Shown: in pieces, positions 38,101 to 48,335 of the stretch | Numbering within the stretch: the stretch's first letter is position 1 | How the letters are laid out: each line of letters opens with the position of its first letter | Assembly (NCBI GenBank): GCA_034226945.1 | Contig: CP120460.1 | Coordinates: 186,001 to 250,000, forward strand | Length of the DNA stretch: 64,000 nt | Reading direction: 5' to 3' | DNA from: Picochlorum sp. SENEW3 | Taxonomy: Eukaryota | Program-made: the position numbers and the translations under genes | The notes under the pieces: model-generated | Database searches by the model: none | Seen by the model: the letters and a program-made list of their open reading frames with translations, nothing else | What the model was told of the DNA's origin: nothing

Positions 38101-38915
38101 GGGCTGCGTGCACATTACCCTGCACGGCTTTCCCTTCTCCCAGCAACTTTCTAGAATATATTGAGGAACTTGAGTCGTCTTACCACACCCAGTCTCTCCA
38201 GCAATCAAGACAACCTGGCTGCTTTCAACTGCTTGCAAAATCTCCTCCTTGTGCTTTGCAATAGGCAGAGACTTGCGTATTCGCTCCATGTCTTTGCCTT
38301 TTCCAGTATTCATCGAGTGCAACCATCGATCATGACGCGACGTTATCTCACTCTGCTCCATATCCATGGCTCGCTTCTGTCGCTTATTTTTATGTGGCAC
38401 CTTTCCATGCCCCTTGAGCTGTGCTGCATCTGTGTATGATTGTGACAGCATATTCCTGCCATCTACCGCCGCTTGAGACTCCCCAACAATGGTTGAAATC
38501 TCATCTCTACTAGGAGGAAACCGTTCGAGATACGCCTCGATCCGAGAAAGCGTCTCATTCTGAAGAGAGAATGTATAGCACGTCTCCTTGTTTGACCGTT
38601 GCTTCCGCTGTTTGAATACGTGCACAGCCCGAGTACTCCCTTTGCCAAACGATTTGGATATCAAGCCATACTTTTTGCATTCATTATGAACAATAGCGCG
38701 CTCGTGGTTTGTTAAATCAGGAGGAAATGCGTGTTCTGTACAATTTAAACGCATTGCATGTCACAATCAGCCTTGCTAGCGCCATTCGATGACATCTTTA
38801 GCATACCTTGTTCATCACTTGCTTGGAAATCAGCAATTACTTTGGCTATATCGATCCGTGCAGACTCAGAGACTGGACGTATTAAACGCCCGTGTTTCGT
38901 TACCTGTGGCTTCAT
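35197..38915 (-). CDS. DExH-box RNA helicase with R3H and ankyrin insert (YTHDC2/DExH6-like)
   Basis: R3H (ERAIVH..C...GL.SKS.G), GETGCGKTTQ, DEIH, MSAT, ankyrin-like TALFCACFHG, STNIAETAITI, QRKGRAGR, HA2/OB region; intron 38736-38806. Confidence 0.93.
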
Positions 38916-39017
38916 TTTATGATTTGTAGTATTAGTCTACTTGACGTATTTAAAAACATTTTTCAAATGATATACAATGCTACGTAATGATCTGGACTCT
39001 CTATAGATCTAGCAAAC

Positions 39018-40844
39018 TCATGGTTTGGTGGCGCCAGTGTGAATGTGCTGTGACGCTTTCATTCTTCTGGCAATCTTGCGCCTGACGGATGTTTCCATTG
39101 ATGCATGGCGTGATCTCTTTGCCTTTTCTTCTTGATGATCATAGTCATCATCATGTAGAGGCGTCGGGGAGGCATGTTTAGTCTTTGCCTTCTCTTGCAT
39201 TTCTTCATGCAGCTTGATAACCGCTTCGCATTCTTCCAGTCGATCTTTGAGAATTCCTTCACTCTCCTCGAGGGATTTGTTCCGCTTTTCGACTTCCTCA
39301 GTCTCTCGGATGGTCTTGTCCATTTTTTCTTCGAGATCACTCACTTTGCGACGCTCTACATCGCATGTCATCTCAAGTTCCCTCACTGATGCCTGCAGTA
39401 CAGCGTTTGATGCTTCCAGAGTGGCATTGGTGCCTTTGAGTTGCTCTACATCATCTCCAAGCGACGCTTTCTCTTTTGAAAATTTCTCTTCAAGCGAGAT
39501 GATCTGCTGTCGGAGGCTATCAGCGTCAGCAACGGCAGCATCGCGCAAACCTTTCTGACAGCGAAGTTCTTCCTCCTTGGATGCAATTGCCTCAGCATGG
39601 CATGATTTCATCTCTCCGAGCATCTTCTCAGAACGTTCCACATCTTTCGTATGACTCATCTGCGCATGATATATATTTATAATATGTAGAATAGTCTATG
39701 CTAATAAGGACTTACGGTTGATCCATCACATACCTGAAGGAACTCGAGCTTGTTCAGGGCATGGTTCTTGTCGCTCTGTACAAGCTCCAAACGTGTCTCG
39801 ACATCCTTTTTGGCAGCCTGCACAAGCATGGTGATATAAAACGAGTTTGAAAATCTGTTTTTCTTTTCTCTCTGACAAGGTCATCATACGAAATGAGGAA
39901 AAGAAGGATAAAGCACACACCTCTATTTCTTTCATGGCATTATTTAGATCAGCATTCGTTGCTGTCAATGACTGGAGGGCATCTCTTGACTTTGCATGTT
40001 CCTTCTGTTCCCGAGCCAAGGCATTGAGCACCGTATCCAATTCAGATTTTTGCGCCAAGTACCTCTGTGATAAAACATCCTTTTCCTCCTTCATCTGAGT
40101 GATCACCGGCTCCAGTTCACCAACCTTTGCCTGCAATGCAGACAACATGCGAGCATCATGTGCAACACGATCCTCTCGTACTCTTACCATGGCCCGTAGC
40201 GCATCAACCTCTTTCTCCAAATCTACTCGCAGTACATCCCACTGAAATGAATCAGATACTTTGGATTCCTCGAGGCGCTTGTACTCCTCTTCCAGGCGAC
40301 GCAGATCCCTCTCTGTATCTTCCACCTTGCCCTGCACATGTGCTACATGCCTCTCCGCATCACGACACTCCCGCTGCGCAAGACGCACATCATTCTCCAG
40401 GCCTTTCACTGTTTTCATCAGATGATCATTCTTCGACTGCAAGGCTGACCGTTCCCTCATAGAGCCATCCATTCGCATCTCTACTGAAGACACCATCCCC
40501 TCGACCTGCTTGAGCACGCGTGCCAACTGCCTCACCTTGGATCCGACACTGTCCACAATGCCTGCAAGTCCTTCTACCTTCATTGATTCATCATAGGGAT
40601 TATTAGAAATGCATCGCTGAGGAGCACTGGTCTCCCGGATCGCCTTCTCGACCGGAACAAAACCGGACTTTGGGGGTGGCATGTCTTGATGCTCTTGTTC
40701 CGACACAGCCCCCTTGGTCACCATATTTGGTGTTTCTGGACCTTTTTGTTCTTGAATATGAAGCAATGATGCGTGATGCTTGATTGCGTGCGTATCTACG
40801 GCGAGCGAACCGTTGCTTTCAAACGAGACCCTCGGAAGAGCCAT
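39018..40844 (-). CDS. Long coiled-coil protein of unknown function (3 exons)
   Basis: E/K/L-rich heptad pattern. Two frame-consistent GT-AG introns (~39818-39920 and ~39660-39733) join ORFs 39726-40844 and 39018-39659. Confidence 0.7.
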
Positions 40845-41048
40845 AGTTCAAGCCTGAATCGATCGAAATATAGTAACAGATATAGTAAATTGTAATAATA
40901 ATTATATAAGAGTGAAACGTTCTTACAGGATACATACACATGCATCGTGCAGGAGCACAGGGTCAAACTCATGCACCCTGCATGAATGAAAGATTGCATT
41001 CATGCCACCGTGAATCGGCGTCATATATATGCTTGCAAAATATACTCT

Positions 41049-42186
41049 TCATGCGGTCGATAGAACAATCTCAAAGGTCGAATGATCGATGCCATGCTGG
41101 GATGAGACCTGCTTTGCTTCATACAACACCCTTGGTTGCTCATACACGTCCTCAATATGCAAATGTGCTGCCAACAGAGGAACTGTTGGCGTTAAAGACC
41201 ATACATGGAAATCATTGACGCGAGAGACACCCTCAATATTCTGGAGTTCTCTTTGAATCATGGCTCCATCCACGCCTCTTGGGCTTCTCTCCATTAAGAT
41301 ATCACCAATGTCCCGTATCAGACTCGAGGTGCTCCATAATACTATACATGCGAACAACAGTGTGCATATTGGGTCGACAATGAGCCAGGCAGGGGAGTCC
41401 CTGTGCCACCACATGAGCAACCCTCCGACAAAGACGCCGACTGACTGGATCAGGTCTCCAATCACATGAATAATAGCTCCCCTGAGATTCAAATCATGCC
41501 CATGATCGTGGTGATGATGACCATCGTGACCGTGTCCATGCCCACCCAATACCACCATGAGGACAATATTGATCACAATGCCAATGGATGCCAAAATAGC
41601 CATCATAAAACTATTGACTGGCGTCGGGTGTTGGATCCTCTGAATGGCTTCCCATACCAGGATACCAGTCACCAACCATACAGTTAAAACACTTGCTAAT
41701 GCTGCCAGAGTCTCGATACGGGCATAGCCATAGCTATACGAATGAGACTTGCTCTGCCTCGCAGAATACCACATGGCCATCAAACTCACTCCAAATCCAC
41801 TCACATCTGCCAATAAATGAGCAGCGTCTGTAATAATGGCAAGAGATCCCGCCCAAATACCTCCAAATATTTCAACAAACATGAATAGAAGAGCTAGAAG
41901 TAAGCAAAGCGACAATTTTCGGATCTGCATCATACATAAGGAACTGTATCAGACTGTCTCCTTTACCTTTTGTAGAGCAGGTAGCAAAAGTAAAACTTAC
42001 CGTTGCCTTTCGTGCCCCCAAGTGCTGCGATTCTCCCTCATCGAGAGTACACCGTATAGCCGGATCAATCGTATTGGTTCCGTCATCAGCAACTACCGCT
42101 GCTTCTTGGTCGTCTCTAGGGAAAGAAGATTCATTTCCGAAGGGGTCTGGAACAGCATCGAGCAATGGTTCAGTTTGATCTCCCAT
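41049..42186 (-). CDS. Cation diffusion facilitator Zn transporter (MTP1/ZnT2-like)
   Basis: SLAIITDAAHLLAD, YGYARIE, His-rich loop HGHGHDGHHHHDHGHD, NLRGAIIHVIGD, DPICT, HVWSLT; intron 41925-42000. Confidence 0.93.
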
Positions 42187-42401
42187 GGTCCGATATTCTA
42201 CAATAATACGATGTCCTTTGATCGCCTTGAATAAATAGTACGTTTTATAAAGATATTATTGTCATCACGCCAAAGAAAATGGTACTCTGAGAACACAAAA
42301 AACTCCGTATTTCGATCATTAAAATCGCAATAAAACTTAGCTGGATTTGCATTGTTCCTTCACAATTGGCAGCATTGGTCTGGTAAAATAAATTGAATGC
42401 G

Positions 42402-44192
42402 ATGTATTGTTACCCAATGCGTGTTCTTCTAGCGTCAAAGCGAATATTGTCGCCAGTGACGGTCAGAGGACCACATGCATGGCAGGGTTGGAGTCGATTC
42501 TACAGAGTAGAATCATCACATCGCAATCTGAGTTATAGATTAAGATCTCAAGATACAGTTAATGCAATTTTGAAGCAACATAGACGGAGGAGACACGGTT
42601 TCAGTTGTTATGCTGCCGAGGTTGACGATGTGTTTTTTAGCAATGTCACTTTTTCAGAGAATGGGGTGGGTCATGAGGTGTGTGGCTTGCTCGAGGAGGC
42701 TGGGTTTACAGCAATGTCAAAGGCGCAGCGTGATTCATATGCTGCGCTTCGGAAGGGTGGGGATGTGGTTTTGGCTGCAGAGACTGGGAGTGGAAAGACC
42801 ATGGCATATTTGGTGCCTCTCATAGAGAATTTGATCGATGCGCGAGGTGACGACAGAGGGGCCGTGGATGATGATATTATGGAGGAGAGTGTGGTGGAGG
42901 AGCTTCGGTCGAGAGAGCATGCATCCTCTGTGCTGGTGCTATGTCCTAATGCTGTTCTGTGCAAACAAGTTGTTGATGTGATTGATTCGATTTATGGTGG
43001 GAGTGATCTGATTAAAGCAGTGTATGTGTCAGCGCAGCAAATTTCATATGATGATTCCAGGGAAGGGTTTCCAGATGTAGTTGTGACGACGCCAGGGGCA
43101 TTGCATTCCTTGCTGAATGGAACTGGGCCGTTGATCGGGCCTGAGTGGACAATGCAAGGGTTGAAAGATTGGGCGCGGTTTGTGGTGTTGGATGAAGCAG
43201 ACATGCTGCTTGGAGGGGCATATGGTAAAAGTATTGAGCATGTGATGGGTGAGTTGAGAGGTGGGGATCGTGAAAGGGCTGCACTGAGGGCCTGCGAGGA
43301 AGTGGGGATTAGTCTTGATGATTATTGGTCTATGCCACGGCATATTCGCAAGGCGGCACAGTTGTATGGTGGTAGAGGTATGGTGGAAGAAGGTGCATGT
43401 GATTTTATTGAAGGGAGGAGGCCAGGGGATGATTTGAATCAATCCAATGTTTGGCTGCGACAGTACTGCTTTGTTGGAGCAACAATGCCAACAGAGGGTA
43501 AAGAGACGGTTGGAGCGAAAATTGCAAAGGAATTTCCGACTGCAACATGGATTAGTGGACAGCAGTTGCACAAGACGATGCAGCAGGTTGAGTTTCGATG
43601 GGAGTCTGCCCACGATGGGGAACGACACAAGCATGATGTTCTCATGGACATTATTCAGAGCGATGAAGAGATCCAGCAGGGTTCAGGAAGAGTGATGGTG
43701 TTTACAAAAGATACGAAATCGTGCAAAACTATGGCAACAATGCTGTCAAATGCTCTTGCTTCAGAGGGTGATGATGCATCATCGCCTCTGGTATTGCAGT
43801 ATCACAAAGGGAGCAGTCAGGCTGAGCGAGAGGAGTCACTGCGATATGTGCAAATGAGAGGAGATACATCGAGAAGCTTTATATTTGTCTGCACGGATGC
43901 CACTGCTCGGGGGCTTGATGTTCCTGGAGTATCTCATGTTGTTCATGCTGACTTTCCAGCATCTGCAGTAGATTTTCTGCATAGGTCAGGGAGAACAGGC
44001 AGAGCTGGAAAGAAGGGGGTTGTCACGGCAATCGTCGATGAAGACGGTGTAGATCTAGCGAATGCTATCAGAGAACTCATTCAGGATGATGGCTCGATTG
44101 AAGGTGCATTTAGTAGGAATCGTTCATTTAGGAAGAAATTCAAAAAGTATGGTGAATTTGTGCCCCGAGGGGCATTGAAAAGTGATGCATAG
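42402..44192 (+). CDS. DEAD-box RNA helicase, plastid RH22-like
   Basis: AETGSGKT, DEAD, GAT, TDATARGLD, HRSGRTGRAG, RH22-like tail FSRNRSFRKKFKK; transit-like N-terminus. Confidence 0.88.
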   Translation: MYCYPMRVLLASKRILSPVTVRGPHAWQGWSRFYRVESSHRNLSYRLRSQDTVNAILKQHRRRRHGFSCYAAEVDDVFFSNVTFSENGVGHEVCGLLEEAGFTAMSKAQRDSYAALRKGGDVVLAAETGSGKTMAYLVPLIENLIDARGDDRGAVDDDIMEESVVEELRSREHASSVLVLCPNAVLCKQVVDVIDSIYGGSDLIKAVYVSAQQISYDDSREGFPDVVVTTPGALHSLLNGTGPLIGPEWTMQGLKDWARFVVLDEADMLLGGAYGKSIEHVMGELRGGDRERAALRACEEVGISLDDYWSMPRHIRKAAQLYGGRGMVEEGACDFIEGRRPGDDLNQSNVWLRQYCFVGATMPTEGKETVGAKIAKEFPTATWISGQQLHKTMQQVEFRWESAHDGERHKHDVLMDIIQSDEEIQQGSGRVMVFTKDTKSCKTMATMLSNALASEGDDASSPLVLQYHKGSSQAEREESLRYVQMRGDTSRSFIFVCTDATARGLDVPGVSHVVHADFPASAVDFLHRSGRTGRAGKKGVVTAIVDEDGVDLANAIRELIQDDGSIEGAFSRNRSFRKKFKKYGEFVPRGALKSDA

Positions 44193-44443
44193 ATAGTAAA
44201 ACAAACATAGACCTTACATGTGGTATAAAAAAATCGAAATTCGCTATAATATTAAGATAAAGTATGTCTTTCATGCTGTACAGTAGTTGTAACACAATTT
44301 TCTTGCACGTGTAATAGTAATCGTTCCACAAATTGAACATATCATGCACCATAAAGATTTTATCAGCCACATTGGCACAGTGCAGAATCATGGCTTCCTT
44401 TCATTCATTATATTTGTAATTCATATCGTGTAAATTTTCTGGT

Positions 44444-47400
44444 TCAAAACCCATCTGCAGAGGAGATACCTGTGGAGGACAGTGCATCAATAGCCTCTGT
44501 CAATTCTGTCCCTGGAGAACTCTTGTACCCAGTCATATATTCCAATGCCTGTGGCCAAAATGGAGATACTCCAGCTTCTCTCCTTCCAATAGTAAGAATA
44601 GCAGCAGCCAATACTGAAGATTTAAATGAACGAGCAATTGGCACACTGATGTAGAGCGGAAGCAATCCAAATGCTTTCCCTGCTACTGGGTGATTTGATG
44701 GTGCATGTCCTTCGAAATACGCACCAAGTCGCTCAAGATACAATTTCAAAACTCTAATAGGAGATATTGTGGACGTTGTGCCTTTTAATTGCGCCTTTAA
44801 TTTCTTGGCAAGGCACACCACACCTTGAGCATGGAGAGGATCCGATCCATCCCCCTGCATATATTCCACATTGTCATGCTTGCCATACGATTGATCAGCA
44901 GCAATGAGATAGCATGCAAACGCAAGGATATCCTTCTCTCCCGGCAACAAGTCTATGGAGTGGCATTCTTGCACTCTCATCAAAATATCAAACCCATCAT
45001 ACAAGACATCTTCTGGGTAGCGATACACCTTTGATAGAGAGGCCATATCCAAGAACGACTGGGCGTGACTTTGTGGCGAAGGGTATTCTGCATTATTCGG
45101 CAAATTAATCTCTTGGAGAGATTCAAACTGCTTCACAGCTGCAAAAGCTTCCATGCACCTTGACTCTGCCACAGCATCCTGCTGGAACAAATTCTCTTTA
45201 GATTGGTTGTCTTGATATGCAAAGGAAAGGAAATGCTGAAGAGATGAGCGGATGATTGGCTTTTCCATCCATTGAATAATTTGATCCTTTTTCCCAGAGA
45301 TTTGGCATCCTACAGGAATGTCAGTGAGCTCAAGAGGCGCTCTCCACGATTTGACTTTTGCCAGGAGTGCTTCTTTGATGATGGGGTATGTATGCTCCCG
45401 AGATGGCTTTCCTTTGTTCAATGTCAATGTCAGCACATCTCCAAAGCACCCATTGCCATCCGTATTCAACTTGTTTCCAACCTCAACAATCCATCGATAC
45501 AAACACAAAATGGCACTCCCAATCGTAAATGCATGCATGCCAAATTCGGTAGACACAAGATTTCCAGCGGTAGAATTAGAAGATCGCGTTGAGAACGCAC
45601 CACCCATCGATGAAAAAGAAGTCGAACCATCCCTGTCACAAGACACAGTCATCCTGAAATGACCTTGTTTGCAGGCAGCATGGAATATCTGCACAGCCTT
45701 CTCTTGTGCTTTCAAAATCCCTGTCCCCCAAAGGCATCCAACAATATTATTATACACGACAGTATCCGCTCTGCAACCTGATGTACGAATCGCCTCAAAC
45801 GAGGACAAAGCACCTCTCCAGTTTCCAGAGCGATCATAGGCACCAATCAATGCCCCAAAAGTGACGCTATCTGGTCGGCACCCACGTTTCCTCATCAGCT
45901 CAAATATTTCTTGCGCTTTTTCCGCTTGACCTCCATGTGCACATGCCGCAATAAGCGAATTATACGTCACAACATTCGGCTGGCACCCCTTGGCATGCAT
46001 GTCATTAAACAGGCTAATAGCAAGCTCCCACTCACCAGCCTTCTCACATGCAGATATAAGACTGGAATAGGTGATGACATTCTTCTCACAACCATGGTTT
46101 TCCATATTGTTGAAAATCTCGAGTGCCTGATCCAGCTTACCAGCCTTTCCGTACGCAGAAATGAGTGCAGTATATGTCGTAGCCGTGGGCCGAGCATTTG
46201 CATTCAACATCCGCTCATAAACTTGCAGAGCCTCAGCAGCACGAGACGATTGATTGCATGCAATAATTGCTGTATTATACGTCCTTGCTTCGGGCTCGAG
46301 ACCCTGCTCCTCAACAGCATCCAAAACAGCAATTGCTTCCTCCCACTGTCCAGTCTTCCCATACACATCAATCAATGTATTAAAAGTTACCAAATTGGGA
46401 GTGCACCCTTCACTCAACATCTGTTTGTACACATCCAAGGCAAGTTCCAATTCACCAGCCTTAATACAGACATTCATGAGTGCGGAATATGTATGAACAT
46501 TGCATGGAATGCCTCTTCCACGCATCTCTGCCATGAGTTCCATCGCCCTCCGCAATGCTTGCTGTGACCCACACTGTGATATCATCGTTGTATACGTCAT
46601 TGTCGTGCACAGATGCTTTAGAGGATGATTGTCTTCCACATGACGCAACCAATCAAAGATTTCCTGGGATCGCTGCCACCTTTTGCTCCTGTGCAACTCT
46701 TTGAGCAATGCTGCCAGAGCTCCTGCATCAAGAGAATGCAGACCCTGCGCAATCACTGGAACTGCCTGGACGTCAGGCGGAAGAGAGAGTACAATATCAA
46801 GCAATTCTTCCACTGTGGTGTCACTGCCAGAAGAATTTCGCGGATGGGCCAAACGACCACCTTTGTTGACATTTGTCACTTGCTGCCATAATTTCCTATA
46901 CCCCTTGGTAGCATACTCATTTGGCTGTCGAGCTTTTCTCTGCCGCTGCCCACGATACCCAGACGCATCAGAACCACCGCTGATTGCATGTGCCATGGGC
47001 GGCACAGCAGATGAATTGTGTACAAACCCGGGATCACTCTGAACCGATTCCGCAGATGACCGCCTCTCTTGTGTCTGCTGTGGACGAGGCATATCCAACG
47101 AGTTGAAACCTCTCGGCTGCTGCACTTGCTGCTGATACCACATTGAGGGATGCGTATTCTGCAATGGATGCGCTGCAAAGCCATCCGCAGGAGGCATCAT
47201 GCCCTGATGCCTGTACTCTCCCATACCAAACGACATGGCACCAAAACCATGCGTCATACTCTGATGCGCCTCCAACAATTGATGCTGATGCGGATCCTTG
47301 GCAGGAACAGGAGCTGGCATCAGCCCTTGCTGTACAGCAGCACTCAAGGTCGCAATCTCTTGCGCCTCTGGCCTACAAACCTGTTGTTGTTGGTGCTGTT

Positions 47401-47854
47401 GTTGGTGGTTGTGTTGATCAAACCCACGCTGTTGATGTTGTTGATCAAACCCACGCTGTTGATGTTGTTGATCAAACCCTTGAGACGCATTTGGCTGCGC
47501 AAACATCCACCCTTGTTGATGCTGATACTGATGCTGGTGTTGCTGCTGCTCCTCTGAATTATTCATCGTGCCACTATGCCTCTTCTCATACCCACCAGCA
47601 TACGGCCCATCCTCTCCACCAAACACAGCCTGCTGCCCCTGAGAAGACCCCATCACATCCTGCTGCGGCCAATACCCTCGCGGCCCAAACCACTCCGCAT
47701 TATTCTGCTTCTCCTCCGTATCCACAGCACTCCTCATCTGCTGCTTCCCCTCAGACCCCAGCGACCGACCCCGTGCCACTTCCGCAAACGACAACCGCTC
47801 CTGACCGGCCTGCTGCGTCACCTCACTCCCCATCACACTATTACTAAATTCCAT
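44444..47854 (-). CDS. P-type PPR protein with Q-rich N-terminus, degenerate SMR-like region and putative cyclin-like C-terminus
   Basis: About 9 tandem 35-aa repeats (TYTTMISQC, TYSALMNVC, TFNTLIDVY...), then FGMHAFTIGSA and LNKGKPS (SMR-like), then FKSSVLAAAIL......W...L..MTGY (cyclin C-terminal-like). Confidence 0.88.
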   Translation of the reverse strand: MEFSNSVMGSEVTQQAGQERLSFAEVARGRSLGSEGKQQMRSAVDTEEKQNNAEWFGPRGYWPQQDVMGSSQGQQAVFGGEDGPYAGGYEKRHSGTMNNSEEQQQHQHQYQHQQGWMFAQPNASQGFDQQHQQRGFDQQHQQRGFDQHNHQQQHQQQQVCRPEAQEIATLSAAVQQGLMPAPVPAKDPHQHQLLEAHQSMTHGFGAMSFGMGEYRHQGMMPPADGFAAHPLQNTHPSMWYQQQVQQPRGFNSLDMPRPQQTQERRSSAESVQSDPGFVHNSSAVPPMAHAISGGSDASGYRGQRQRKARQPNEYATKGYRKLWQQVTNVNKGGRLAHPRNSSGSDTTVEELLDIVLSLPPDVQAVPVIAQGLHSLDAGALAALLKELHRSKRWQRSQEIFDWLRHVEDNHPLKHLCTTMTYTTMISQCGSQQALRRAMELMAEMRGRGIPCNVHTYSALMNVCIKAGELELALDVYKQMLSEGCTPNLVTFNTLIDVYGKTGQWEEAIAVLDAVEEQGLEPEARTYNTAIIACNQSSRAAEALQVYERMLNANARPTATTYTALISAYGKAGKLDQALEIFNNMENHGCEKNVITYSSLISACEKAGEWELAISLFNDMHAKGCQPNVVTYNSLIAACAHGGQAEKAQEIFELMRKRGCRPDSVTFGALIGAYDRSGNWRGALSSFEAIRTSGCRADTVVYNNIVGCLWGTGILKAQEKAVQIFHAACKQGHFRMTVSCDRDGSTSFSSMGGAFSTRSSNSTAGNLVSTEFGMHAFTIGSAILCLYRWIVEVGNKLNTDGNGCFGDVLTLTLNKGKPSREHTYPIIKEALLAKVKSWRAPLELTDIPVGCQISGKKDQIIQWMEKPIIRSSLQHFLSFAYQDNQSKENLFQQDAVAESRCMEAFAAVKQFESLQEINLPNNAEYPSPQSHAQSFLDMASLSKVYRYPEDVLYDGFDILMRVQECHSIDLLPGEKDILAFACYLIAADQSYGKHDNVEYMQGDGSDPLHAQGVVCLAKKLKAQLKGTTSTISPIRVLKLYLERLGAYFEGHAPSNHPVAGKAFGLLPLYISVPIARSFKSSVLAAAILTIGRREAGVSPFWPQALEYMTGYKSSPGTELTEAIDALSSTGISSADGF
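47413..47479. repeat. 27-bp coding tandem repeat, about 2.5 copies (GFDQQHQQR)
   Basis: GTTGATCAAACCCACGCTGTTGATGTT occurs exactly twice, followed by a partial third copy. Confidence 0.9.
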
Positions 47855-48335
47855 AAAACCACGTATCGTATCAATCGTATAAATCCAATCAGGCGGAAGA
47901 AGACACGCTCATGTGTGTCCTACTGCCGTAAACCCTTGATACGAGACCAAAGCCCCCACAACCCCTACGGCGATACCACTTCTAGAGTATCTTTATAAAT
48001 CAGAAACCGATATTCTTCAGCAGAGAATATCAATGACAATGCCCGGTCTAGCGACAGTCGTCAATTCAATCGCGAATTCGTTCGTTATTTCATCAGTGCC
48101 ACTCCAAGGCACACAGACATGAATAGCACGCAGGGTTTCTCATTTAATACAATTAGTGACGTTGTTTTTATCAAAAAATAGGAGTTCATTCGTTATAGAA
48201 GAGACACCGAGCGTCTGGCGGTGGCTATGACTGGAATTCGGTGTCGGGAATTCATGATTAAAACATTAAAAAATGCGCGCTCAGTCAGTATGCATACTAA
48301 ATATATTCAATTACGACAAATTCCACTGTGGTGTC

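Noticed and set aside
47413..47479. 27-bp repeats as a possible CRISPR array
   Set aside because: No spacers; the repeats are in-frame coding sequence in a eukaryotic gene.
47143..47998. Long + strand ORFs antisense to the PPR gene
   Set aside because: They are shadows of the low-complexity Q-rich coding strand and have no independent motifs.
48204..48245. GACACCGA/TCGGTGTC inverted repeat near the Harbinger-like gene, considered as TIR or SECIS
   Set aside because: It is a local 8-bp hairpin on one side only, with no mate beyond 49.8 kb, and there is no in-frame TGA selenoprotein.
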